Shown in pieces: positions 1 through 12,586 of a stretch of 64,000 bases of DNA. Position numbers and translations under genes: made by a program. This stretch comes from Menidia menidia (lineage: Eukaryota): assembly GCA_048628825.1 (NCBI GenBank), contig CM109626.1:16957077-17021076 (forward strand), written 5' to 3'. Position 1 is the first letter of the stretch, and each line of letters begins with the position of its first letter. The notes below the pieces were generated by a model. It was not told the origin of the DNA and did no database searches. It saw nothing but the letters and a program-made list of their open reading frames with translations.

Positions 1-1516
1 ATGAAGAAGCGTTTCCACCTCGGGGGGAGTAACTTAGACGGGTTTTGTGCAGCGCTGTATCCGTCGCCACGGCGCAGGAATGTGCTGACTGTGCACAAAC
101 ACTCTGACTCAACATGGAAACGAGTGAGTCAGTGCAGCCAAGTCGACGAGAAGAAAGGAAGGCGGGCAAATCTCTCTGAGGAGATATGCAGCTGAAAACC
201 GCCAGTTTGGTATTTGAGTGCCCCAAACCCCCCCTCCTGCTCCTTGCCTTCCTTTAAACGGCCCTCTCTCAGCATTTCACGTGGCCTGGGAGCTCTCCTG
301 GATGATGTACTGTGGGCCTATTGGTCCCCAGAGAGTCGAGCGGCCTCGGTTTCTATCGGAGAAGTCTTCATAAACAAGCCAGACGCAGTAAGAGATATCG
401 GTGGCCGAAGGCCCTGCGCAGCCTATAAACGCATCTGACCGGCTATAAAGAAAGGAAATATTTAGAGATTTCTTTACATATCTATCATTTATCGTCCCCA
501 GGTCTCTTTATTACCCATTTCCCATGTCAAGTGCTATTACATTTAATTTAACAGTCTCTGCTTTCAGCGGAGAAATACAATAAAAGCCAAAATCAATCAG
601 AAGGGCTTTTTGAAACCCAAACTGATATAGCTTACAGATGGCTGTGGCTTCTCGTGGTAATAAAGACCAGGCTTTGTATAGGATTATGTAAACAAAGTGG
701 GCTTTGATATAGTGCGACTGTTGACTGTGCTGCTGTGACTGTGGGCCCGAAGAATTCAGCCCATCTCTGGATTCCCCTCGGAGGCCCCCGAAAACATCAG
801 CACTGACCTCAGCTATAAACATTCCTGTAACGCTGGAAGAACGCAGCTGAGACGTCTGAGCCGTGGAAGGCCAGCGCGGCGCTTTGTGGACGCCGTGTCC
901 AAAACGCTCGGATGATGCATAAGGTTATCGGAGCAGGAGCCGAAGGCCTGAAGGGGCCAAAGGAAACTGCCTCTCTGATCGTATATTGCCGACCCTCATA
1001 CTCACTTCTTCCTGTTCTAACTACAGCCAGCTGCATTTCCTTGCTGTTTACCTGGAATGAGAAGAATTTGGCTTTGAGAGTTTGGGATTATTAGCTCATG
1101 TTTGTCCTATCATGGCGGCGGAGCCACAAGCGCATCAAACAGACAGGAATTCGCTCCCCTCGAGCACTTCTTAAAATAATCAGAGAGGCTGGCTTACTGC
1201 TGAAGTTGCATAAACACAATAATGTGAAGACATGTCAAATCATTCTGTTAAACCTTCTGTTTGGGTCTCGCGTCACTCATTATGGTACGCTTTCTCCTTC
1301 AAAATGTTTAGGAGAGGAGATTGACCCAAATTCAGAACACATAGAAAGGAAGGAGAGTACTGATGAATGGAGGAAAAAAAAACTTGGTCTAAGCTTCAAG
1401 CGAGAGCAGGACAAATTTATGCTGAATTTAGTGACACTATGAAATAAGTGAACAGGTGGCAAGATGAGTACATTTTTAAACATGTCGTCAAACAAAGCTA
1501 AAACAAAATGAATGTG

Positions 1517-1536
1517 TATATATATATATATATATA
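1517..1536. repeat. (TA)10 microsatellite.
   Basis: Read directly from the sequence. Confidence 0.9.
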
Positions 1537-4500
1537 TGTGTACCATAGATGTTGTTGATGGCGTTGATGTTGTAAGCCTGTATAGATATGCTCAACATTA
1601 AGATGATTATTCTTTGGCTGATTGTGGACTGCTTCTTTTTAGACGTGTAATATTTATAGACATGTTTGTTAATGTTGGAAAGTTTTACATTTAATTTCCT
1701 TTGCTATTATTCTTGTTTGGAATAAATCTGATCAAGTAAAACCCCGTTAAACAGAGCTCAAGGGAAGACAGGAGAGTTTCATGTGGAACAATGTGCATTA
1801 TGTGTGCAGATTTTACAACGTTTATCAAACCACAAAAATGCTGACTTGGCCTTTATGAACATTCTTTTACTGGATAGAGTGCCTTTGTTGTCACTATTGT
1901 TCCAATAAAAATCAGTTTACAGGCAAACCTTCAATGACCAAATATTTGACGCCACAATGTCCAAAAGCCAAAGCCCTGCAGGCTCTCAGCTGAATCTTTT
2001 TAGTCTCCCTTATACTTGTATTCTGGGCTAGACAAAATTTGTCTCAGTTTACAACACACACAAGTTCTGTGGCCTCCAACTACCCAATCATTGTGACCAC
2101 AAAGCCATAACTCCATCTCTGGTGATAATGTCTGGTTTATGCAAGAATGTGTAAGCTCATATCACTGCTGGTTTCTGAGCATGTGCTGCTCAGAAATGAA
2201 AGGAGGCAAAGTGATTGCGAATCCCTCAGAGTCGCATCAGGAGAGGATTTTATGGTGGCATCACTCTGCACCGGGATGGATTTCCAAGCAAAGTAGAGCC
2301 TGGATAGTCTCATAAATGGACAAATAAAGGGGTTAAATCCTTCCAACGGACTGCTCGGTAAGCAGATGCAGAGAAGAGCAGAAAACCGTGGTCAGTAAGT
2401 TTTTCACTATTTTTATCTTTGGCAGAAAACAACTGAATGAACTGCCAAAATGAAATCCCATTCAGCTCCTCTGTATCGCGTTGGCAGAAGATATTCCAGC
2501 AGCAGATAACTTGAACCCCAGCCAGAGACCACAAGGAGTAAGTGGGAAAATATGTTTCATTTTTCTTTATTTGTGTTGTAATTTGGATAAACTGATTATT
2601 TGAGTTTGCCTCTTGGTAAATAATCGAATAACATTAAAGTGCACTTCCACTTCTTCCTCAGGAGCAACCTGAGATAAAAATGCGTAAAAAGGGGTCAAAT
2701 GTAGCGGTATGTGTTGACGTCTATTAGGCATCCTATCTGGTAATGTAGCCCAACCCTGGGGAAGAAAAGGAAACCAAGTGCTGTTGTTGCTGCCCACGAG
2801 CAAGACGCTTTAAATCCTTCGGTCCGCTGTAAATCAGTTTCAGTTTCCAGGTGTTTCCAATGAATTGTCTCCATGTGAAGAAGCAAAAACGCCTTTTGTA
2901 ACAGACAAGCTTTAGTCTCACACTCACCGCTCTGGCATGCTGCCCGGGCTGGTCAGTGAAGATATGGGACTGTTGGCGTTAAAGTTTCCCTCCAGGCCTG
3001 GGTACCTGGAGCAGGTGTCTGCAGATGGAGGTAAAAACTCTGGATTCCCCCTATTTTGGGTGGTGCTGCTATTTGAATACAAACCTAAAAAATATGAAAA
3101 AAGGAGAAATTGTAGGTCAAAGATTAATCTCATCCAACAGTGAGAATATGCAGTTTACCGTATTACCTCTGAAACTACACACACATTTCCCTTAAAAACT
3201 ATGTCCCTGTAATCAGCTTTTCCCAAACACCCAGATTTATATCAAAATAGATCAACAATAAATAGCTGGCATCATACTTAGTAGAACAGTTAGTAGCTCA
3301 TTTGTTTGCAATCAGCAATGTAGGAATTCTAACTGTCCAATTATAATGCATTCAGTTTTCAGAGACATTTTGTCCTTCTATTCTTAGGATCTTTAGACAT
3401 ATGAAGAGTTTTAGTGTGCTGCTTTGTAATTTATTATTAGGATTAGCCCTAACTTGCTTTTTCAGTAGCTATTTTTAGCTTTTTTTCAGGCTTTATGAAT
3501 ACATTTTTTACTTTTTCCTCAATAATCAAGATGGAAATAAAAATGCAACATATGTTCTGCCCTTTAAAAATATGTATTTTTATTCCTCTTTGTCTATTCA
3601 GTTGCAAAAATAGCTGCTTGCACATGTGCAAGTAATAATTCTGCTATATCTGATTTATTTTTCCTTAATGGGAGAACTACGTACCTGAAAATACAGCTTA
3701 TTAATTTGGTTTTTAATAGCATGGGCGGTGGTTCTGTCTGAATCTGAAATGCTATTAAACCACAGGTAAATGTTTCTGAACAGTCACCATTTCAGACAAG
3801 ACAAAAAAAAAGAGAAAAAAAAGAACAATGAACATCATTATAAAGAATTTGGCTGTGATTGTTTTGTGGTTTTTAGAGCGTGGTTTAGCTTCTTTCTTTG
3901 GAAATACTTGGCATCATCCGGCTGTTCTTTCAAGCTTTAAAAGCACCTGCTTCGCTCACATCAGCCAAGTGCTTCACACCATAAATGTTGTTTTTTTGTT
4001 GTTCAGTCAAACTCCAACAGTATGCAGCTGACATCCCAAACACTTTGGATTCAAGCACATCAGATGAGCAGCGAACATTTCAGTCAGAAACAAAGTTCCA
4101 GGCTACTAAAATTCATCCATTTTTGATAAGAACAGAGTCCTCCTGGGATACTCTCTGAGTTAAACACTGACATGCTTGTTTCACCCTGAATAAACATAGC
4201 GCTCAGTTTGCCGTTTGAGGCTTTTCCCTCAAAGTCCTCTGGGTAAAACTGCAAGTAGTCTGAAGTAATAGACATGGACAGCTCTCCTGGACGCTTTCTC
4301 CTCTGCTTTGCCAACTGAGCCTCAGTGTACCTGACAGCTTCTTGATCCTAGTTCAGCCATTGAAAGGAGGGGGAAAAAAAGACTTTGGCTGGAAAACCTG
4401 TGCTGGAGAGGCTGAAGGACGGGCGGAGCGAGGCCAACGTGCCCACAGCCAGTGCCCGGTAATTGGACAAGGTAAACACTGGCATGATGAGCTATCACAG

Positions 4501-7500
4501 AAGGAATGATGTAGGAGAGAGGGGAGGAAAAGGAGCAAATGAGGCCATGGGAGAAAATGAAAGACACAACTTAACAGCCCAGGTGTTTGGACAGTTCCCC
4601 TTTTCCTTTGTTTTTACGCACTTTCAGAGCGGCGGCGGAGCGTCAACACAGACACTTGCTACCGTTCCATCTACACAAACCTGCGAAGTCGTGCAAGGCT
4701 GGCAAAGGTGAGCCGTTCTCTTGGTGGGAAGCTGCAGAGCCGTGGAGATGCTGTCCTGCCAGACAATCACTCAAAACATCAGATTCCAGCACAGCGTGGA
4801 CCTTAGCCTGCCAGTAAGACAAAATACAGATGTTCATTTAGATAATGCAGATTTATGGGGCCGTTAGAGTTGTGCGCCGTGTGTTTTAGGATCCCGCATG
4901 TAGGAATGAAAATGACAACGTCAATGCTGCAGCTCAGTTGTTTTCCAAATGTATTCCTCGGTTGGCCGGCACAGCTCCCATGGATCTAAGCTTTAAAAAG
5001 GACTGTTTTCTCCTTTGATTACATTCAGTAGATCAATTGAAAACACAGGGTTTTCTGCTGGCCTAATTTTTCAGATAAATGATGCTTTCACCAGATGCTG
5101 GGTTCCTGTTTCATCTCGCAGGCCAACTTCTCAAAGTACAAAATCCAGAAATGATGTTTGGCAGTCTTATTCCAAAATTTTAAAATGTTAACAGTTAAGG
5201 CAAGATAATTCACTTTATTTTCCATCATTAGCAGAGCATCCCCCGGGATTTTCCAAAACAATTTATTGTCAGTTGAGGCTTGCAAAGGACACCCAGAGAC
5301 CGCAAAAGAACTAAATACATATAATCAGTGAGAAATATTTGCCCAAATTTGTGTTTATGAAGATGCCATCTGCAATAGCTTTAAGAAATATAGGGAGATG
5401 TGAAAGGGCATGTTTGATACTTCGGTCTTATTTAGCTCCAGAGGGTCTGTTGCCCACGTCACAGCTTACAAGCACACGTTGTTCTATTTAAACCAACAAG
5501 GCATTTGAATACACACACAGTCCAGTGTCACTCACGGTCCATAGCAAATAAACAAGGCCCAGATAACACAGAACAATAGGCTCCCTATTCTGACTTCCAG
5601 GGAATGGGCGGAATACTTAGTTTCATCCTAATGAATTCACTCTTTCCTTCTCCTACTGCTTTACATATACTTTCCTCAGAAACAGGGCCTGCAACCACTG
5701 ACGCCTTAAGAGCCTTTTTTTTTTAATAGTGAAAGCTAAAAGAAAGAAAACCAATATCTTTTCCAGCTTTAAGGTTTAAGGGGAACATACTGCACAGTCA
5801 TCTCTCTGGCCTAAAAACGAAAAATTTGACTTTCATCAGAGAATAATGAGAAAATGAAATCAGCACAGGATAAAACAATGTTCTGCTTTTCTTTTTCTCC
5901 GTTTCCATTATTATTTCTAACGTACTGCTTGGGGTCCAAGCAGAACTCGAACAAAAAGCCCCATCTGTTTTCAAAGCTACGACGCATAAATCAATCAGTC
6001 GTTTTTCTATAGCAGATCTCATTTCAGATGATGTTCGGATGGTTCAATAATAACGTGACATGTCAATATACAGATGCTTAATCGTTTCAAGCTGGTGTTA
6101 TTCAACTTCGGAAAACACTTATTTCACTTTTGTTTTTGAGATGTAACTATGAGGCGCACAAAAATGTGCATATTTATGGGGAGGCTGCACCTTCTTGATC
6201 CCTGCCTGAGGCATTTGCTGCATGCTTTCCCTGCTCCCTCTGCCCTTTTTCTGTCAACCTACTTTCAAATAAAGGCCACTTGCACCAAAAAATGTGCATT
6301 TTTATTATGAAACGCTGCGTTTTAAGATGGAAACAGTGACGCAGTTGGAAAAGTAAAACCAGTATGGATGCACCTTAACTGATTGATGTTAGGCCCTGAC
6401 TCCTATCAACTCCAGTTTGTTTTCTGGGGTGCATCGACGGTGTAACTGGCAATGGGCTTATGTTGCATTTGTTTACACAGCATGGGCTGTTATGAACAAG
6501 ACAGTGCTGGCGTTCAATGTGCTTTTCACACGTTTTCACCTAAATATGCATTTTTTCTCCAGATGTCACTCTCACATACTCCAACCCCCCCCCCAGTGGT
6601 TTTGGAAGACTGTCAGATCTTTAGTTGGTGAGACAACTTTAACTGCCCGGTGATGGGAAGTCAACTGTGATGAAATCAGCTGTCAGTGTTGTCAAACACA
6701 TTTTTATCAAAATACATAAAGATGTCGTTTCAGTCAGAGTCCAAGTCGTAATTTTCTAAACAAATTAACTTAATGAATTTTGATTGACAGATTCCCAGAA
6801 ACAGCTGGAGGCTCATTCACCCAGTGAACTCAGTTCTGCTTCTAGCTGCCTCGTTATGGTTGGTTTAATCAGTCATTAATAATAATAATACAAGGATTCA
6901 TAAGAGCATGGCTTCATGGGAAAAAGCTCCAGGTGTTAGCCTGCTTCACAATCCCATATCAGACTCAAATTAAAGAACTTTCCTTGTACATGGTTGGATG
7001 GAAAAGTCTGATATCAAAGGCAATCAGTGTTTTTGCATTGTAGACAATGAGTCATTGAGTGAGGGGAACCAATCAGAGAAGACATAGCTTCTGTTTGTCT
7101 ATAACTTAAAGTCTGTGGAAATTAGAAACATATGTCAGTGAATTATTCGTTGGTTAGAATTAAGTCATAATCACCTGAATATGTTTCAGTCACATTGTCT
7201 GAAGTAGCTTTTATTGATTGTGTCTGATTCAGACAAAGCTTCTCAGTTAAAAACATCAACGTCTTAAAATGCAAATACATTTTTTACTATTTGAAGTTTG
7301 AGTCAACTTTATCCTTGACTCACCATTTATCACCATGTAAAGGAAACATGTTACTGAGAAGAAATGAAGAAATGTTCCCCTAAAATACCTTCCACAACAA
7401 ACTAAAACAGAGCATGCTTTGTCTGGACTAAAAGAAGAATTATTAGTTGATTTCACAATATTCCCACAAGACTTTTACAAGTGTTGGTTTCCTGTTGGCC

Positions 7501-7638
7501 CGGAACAAAGTTCAACACACTTAATGCATCCATTTGTGTACTTTTCTTATCTGACCAATAAAAGCTGAAATATGTCCCAAAAAAATTCCTTTTAACCCAC
7601 CACTAATATTTGCGTGAGTGTGTTTATGGTGGGTTAAA

Positions 7639-7795
7639 TCACGGAGGTGTGTGAGAACCTACAGAAGCTGCAGACGGCCCTCTGAGCTCCCTCTCCTGCA
7701 GGCCTTTGGCAGAATGCGCCTTGACGTGCTTTCGCAGCGAGCTGGGATCAGTGTAGCGCTTGGTGCAGCCCGGGATCTGACAGGCGTACGGCTTC
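7639..7795 (-). CDS. GLIS-family zinc finger protein, exon encoding finger 5 ([30 protein letters not shown]...). The frame reaches TGA at 7639-7641. A gtaggt donor at about 7662 is an alternative exon end.
   Basis: The acceptor is cacag|AAGCCGTAC, in phase with the previous exon (THLDT|KPYA). The finger 5 sequence is diagnostic. After KAHSAK the frame reads [14 protein letters not shown] and then either gtaggt or a stop 8 codons later. Confidence 0.7.
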
Positions 7796-10700
7796 TGTGA
7801 ACAAAACCCAACGAGCAAAGCTCAGAAAAGTCTGAAAGGAATCACAAAAAGAATGTAAAAATGACCATAAAGACATTTCGGACATCGTTTTTCACTTTTA
7901 CAACGAAAAACATGACGTGAAGACAAACAAAAGCTGACAGCAAAATAAACCCAACATTAAGGGATTACAGACTGACACAGAGCAGACTGGATCCTGCTCT
8001 TCATATGCAAAGACACACGATTCATGTAATCTCACTGGCTTGGGATGGGCTATTATTAAAAAACTTTCAGTGCATGATGATGATCGTTAGGTCAAACACG
8101 ATGTGATGCCAGACATTAAACATATTTAGAATGAACAATTCAAGCGCAGCTGAGCCACATCCACCATGCACACTGTACACACAAACATTTGGGATGGATG
8201 TAAATTTGGAGACGACTGAACTAACAGAGAAAGGAAGGATGAGTAGTTATGTCAACATGTTGCATAAGCTGCTCCTCAGCTGAGAATGCAGCAGATATTT
8301 ACCTTACATCTGCAGGCTTAAAAAGAGGAAAAGAGAAGTTCAGCCAGAAAAATAGTCATTCATAACACAAGCTGCGTTCAGCTAAACAATGTGCAGTTAT
8401 TAGCATTTATCTTTCTGAACATGTGAACCTTCAAAAACACTGTTTAGAACAGACAAAGACTCAAATGGAAGAGAATGAGGAAACAAATTAATAAGAATTA
8501 AAGAAGTAAAAATCACTAAGTTTCCCAAACTTCAAAGTGGATGAAAAGAAAAATAAATGAGCTCATTTCTACGAGTCTGATTCCTCACAGATTTCCGTTC
8601 TCCCTCTGCTCAATAACTGACAGCTGGAGCGGGTTAAGAAAAACACACGTGCAGTATTTATTTAGAGGGTCGCACTTCATTAACTGAACCGCTGTTGGTT
8701 AATTGAGTTGAGTTAAAAATGAGAGAATCATGTCCATGAGAAATAAGTGGAAGCAGAAAGTGGCAAAGATGTAGAAAAGTATGTTTTCAAATTAAATAAA
8801 AACTCAATTTAAAAAGGAAGTACTGGTGAAATTGTTTCAGTCTGTTCCTAATTAATTTAAATATTAATCACATATATTCATAGTATATTTATTTAAGGCA
8901 TCTATGTTTAATAGAAATATATATACATGCTCAGGAATACATTCAAAATCTCTAAAAATAAAAATGGATTTAGAGCCAACCAGGTTGCTCGTGACTTTTT
9001 ACAGAAAGTTGGTTTCCGTGTTCTTACTTCCCACCATTTCCACCCTTTATTCTTTTCAGTGTTTTTCCCTTCTGGTCATCAACTCTGCTCCTCTCACCTG
9101 CGCTCCTCTTCCTCAGCTGCTTTCAATCAGTAATCATCCAGGTTTGTATTTGAGCTTTTTCTTTATTAATTCATTTATTTTTTTGTGTTTAAGCTTTCTG
9201 GTTTCTCCTATTTTTTGTCAGCTCCTAATCTCTTCTTGGTGGGTCTGTTCCCTGTCTTACCCCCGTAGCTTCTTGGTCCCTCCCTCGTCTTCATCCACGC
9301 TTGTCTTTCGACTGTTGGAACTCTTTTGTATTTCTGACCTTGCAGCATCTTTTGTTATTATTCTATAAATAAAACCCCGGTTCCTTGGGTCCTCGTAAAT
9401 GCACTCCACAGTGACAGGCTTTGGACAGAGCGGACCAAAGTCCAATGCACAGAAGGCCAAACACCTCATTCATGCTGTCAGCATGGTGGGGGAAGGCTGA
9501 TGATTCGGGCTGGTTCTGCAGCCACAGGACTTGGACGCTTAACAGTCCCTGAGTCCAACACAAACCCCTCTGGGTACCAAAGTATTCAGCTTCAGATTTG
9601 AAGCCATCTATCCCACAACTAAAGCCGTGCTAAAAGTGTCTCATCAACAGGACTTTGATCCCAAACTCAACACCAGTGTGTTGTTCCTCTACACACAATC
9701 AGAAATCTTCACAAAATGGATACTGACTGACTAACGTGTAGAAACCGTAGAAAAAAAGTGAAAAACATAACAAATTTGCATATTTTCCAAGCTGCAAACT
9801 TTAATTTGATTTAGAAACTGAATTTCTGAGTGAAACTGACTTCATTTTAGTAACACAAAACGAGCGGTTTAATCAAACTTCAATAGCCTATCTTGGCTGG
9901 CTGTTACATTCAGCCAGCCTTCCACTGGGCCCCCGTAGCGGCGCCAGATGTGTCTGATTCCTGATTTGTGACGCAACTGCGAAACCGCCATTAGCCAGCA
10001 TGAAACCGCAAAAGGGGACAAAATAACTTCGTACTTTCGTTGTAATAACAGCAGAGCGCACCGTGCAGCTCCATCTCATCTCTGTAATAAGAGCTCTGAT
10101 TTGCTGGATTACTACTAAATCCTCATTGCCTGTCAGCAGGAGTAAAAATAACTTTGGGCTGTAGAATAAATCCACAGGAGGTATGCAGTCTAACCGTCCG
10201 GCTGAATTCAGACGGAACATCAGGCTGCTCTGCAGACAGGGCGGATGAAGGGAGCGGTGGCACTTTAAACGAGTGTCTGCGTGCCCAGAGCTGCACACAA
10301 CTATTCAAATACTGTTTATCAAATAGTGTAAGCAATAAAGTGCACCCTGCTGTAACAGCATATGTTTCAACACTCTGCAGCCATATGCAGACATAATCCA
10401 TAATGTATGTCTACGGCTTCCTAATTCATTTCAGATAAAGGCTCCTGACAACCTTATGATGAGATTGACAGTTATAAAACTGGTGTTTACGGCCTAAATG
10501 TGAAAAAACGAATGACACAGTCAGCCTTATATGTCATGCTATATTATGTTAACCTGACAATTCAACTCGTGGCTATAATCAAAAATCAATCTGACACCAA
10601 AACACTGCTCATCAAAACTTACTTATGAAAATTTCTTAATATATCATCTGTAACAGTCCACCAGAAGACAGGCCTCCGCTCTGTAATATTTAAATCCAAA

Positions 10701-11279
10701 TCAGCTATGCGTATGACAGTTGAACAAATTTTATCTGCAAGCGTCTTTTAGTTTCATCAATCAGTGATTATTCTTTATGTTTTGCAGAATATTTCTGTTT
10801 GACTTTTGTGAATTTATGTAACTGTAGCGCTTTAAATTGCCTTGTGTACAAATTGTGCTCTAAAAATAACCTTGCTTTGGCTACAATTAAAGAACATTTA
10901 ATGGTATAAATAGCAGAACCAATTCTATTTATCCAGCGGATATTTTCTTAGCCAATCTGTCACAAGGATTCAAAGAAACACAATCAGTCACAGCACAGTG
11001 CAAAAGTTTTGAGCTACCCCTCATTTTTTGTATCTTCTTACCAGTAATCAGACTTTCCTGGAATCTTTTAAAGTGATTTTAAAGAATAGCTCTCCAGCCT
11101 TTTCGGTAATTTCTTATTGAAAATTGGCTACTATTCCATTCATTAAGAGTCCAGCGTTGTGTCTGAATGTAACACACAAATCAAAGAAACTCTTTTTATT
11201 ACTCATCTTTAGGCACGTTTTTAGTAGAGTAGTAGACTAATATAGTGTTGCAAATACATGCCGCCTATTTGCATTTTCT

Positions 11280-11560
11280 TAGTCGCACCTAGGAAAAATT
11301 CCAACTACAACAGTTTGACAAACCGTCTTTCCCAAAGAGGGACGAATCCTCCCCAGAGCTCAACATTGTTGAAGCAGTGTGGGAATATCTGACAGAGAAC
11401 GGTGCAAAAGGCAGCCCACAATCAAAGAAGAGCTTCGGGTCATTTGGGATGTACTGAAGGCTGCTACTATTAGTGGTTTCAGTCTGTGTTGTAGAGCTCC
11501 CACCACAAACCTGACTTTCATTAGCTGGAATTGATGAATACTAACCAAGAGCAATCGGAG
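11280..11560 (+). mobile_element. Tc1/mariner-like DDE transposase C-terminal remnant. It is degenerate and has no intact ORF.
   Basis: The plus-frame translation FDKPSFPKRDESSPELNIVEAVWEYLTENGAKGSPQSKEELRVIWDVLKAA resembles the C-terminus of fish Tc1-like transposases (..SPDLNPIENLW..LK..V....P....EL...). It is flanked by related fragments at about 11040-11170 and 25130-25300 that share aatagctctccag(g)c.ttt. Confidence 0.4.
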
Positions 11561-12424
11561 CTATAAGGACTTATAGATTTATGGCAATTCCTTTATATTT
11601 AAACCTAAACTATGACAGTACATACAGAAACTGTTATAAAGGAATAGACCATGAGAAAAAAAGTAATATTTCCCTGAAGTAGATTTTCTAGAATTGTTGA
11701 AAATGATGAAACTTTGTTTGAAGATTGACTTTTGTGCAGTAGCTGAACATGCCCTCTGGCCATGAAAACAACCTCATGGAGAGTCCCAATGCTGGAGTTT
11801 ATTTGCTATCTGGTGCATGGAAATAAAGTGTTCTGTACACAGAAAGAGGCCTGTTTCCTTTGTGCATGAGAAGAAAACATCAGTCTGTCCATTAATCACT
11901 GTTACTGCTGCAGTGACACAAAAGCATGTTAAGATTCATAACTTAAGTGTTCTATCTCAGACTCTGACAGGGATATTAAAGAGTCGATAAATGCCGATGC
12001 TGTGAATGAGCATTTATAGATTCCCATGCTCTCTTCATCAGCAGATTATTTCTTTTTTTTTGCTCCCCACGTCGGCAGAGTCATAAAAAGCTTTCTGTCG
12101 TTTGGGATTTTGTTCTTTAGCTGGCCTGTTCAGTCAAAGAAGGGAAACGGAGAAAAGATCAGGGAAGCAGCTGTGTGTGGCTCTTTGACCTCGCGAGGTG
12201 TTTTTCCTTCGCTGCGTCCTCAGATGTCTTACTGTATAAAACACATCTCAGTTTCAGGCCGTACAGATGTGCTCTCACGCAGCTCTGCATTAAATACAGA
12301 TGCTGCTGTTTAAATCAAAGCGCGGTATCGAGAATACCTCAGAAAACCGTTGTCAGTGAACACATCACTAAGATCAGAAGAAGCAGGTCCAGGGGCGGCT
12401 TTAGAGCGTGAGGCGTTCACTGAC

Positions 12425-12586
12425 CGTGTCCAGGTGCGTGCGCTGGTGTTTGGCCCGGTCGCTGGAGTTGCTGAAGGCCTTGAGGCAGCCGGGGTGCTGG
12501 CAGATGTACGGCTTCTCTCCCGTGTGGCTCCTCAGGTGGATCTTCAGGTTCTCCAGACGAGAGAACGCCTTCGAACATCCCTCAAA
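12425..12586 (-). CDS. GLIS-family zinc finger protein, exon encoding C2H2 fingers 3-4.
   Basis: The minus-strand translation is [54 protein letters not shown]. This is near-identical to the GLIS1/3 finger 3-4 consensus. The acceptor is ttag|TTTGAG and the donor GACACG|gtcagt. The exon is 162 nt and joins in frame to the upstream exon (KC M|FEGC). Confidence 0.85.

Noticed and set aside
4084-4567. Minus-strand ORFs 4084..4314 and 4322..4567 as candidate GLIS C-terminal exons.
   Set aside because: I could recognise no similarity to GLIS C-termini, and there is no unambiguous phase link to the finger 5 exon. It is kept only as a note in the GLIS finding.
8904-9368. 154-aa plus-strand ORF (Leu/Ser/Phe-rich).
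   Set aside because: It is T/C-rich low-complexity intronic sequence of the GLIS gene, with no domain similarity or splice signals.
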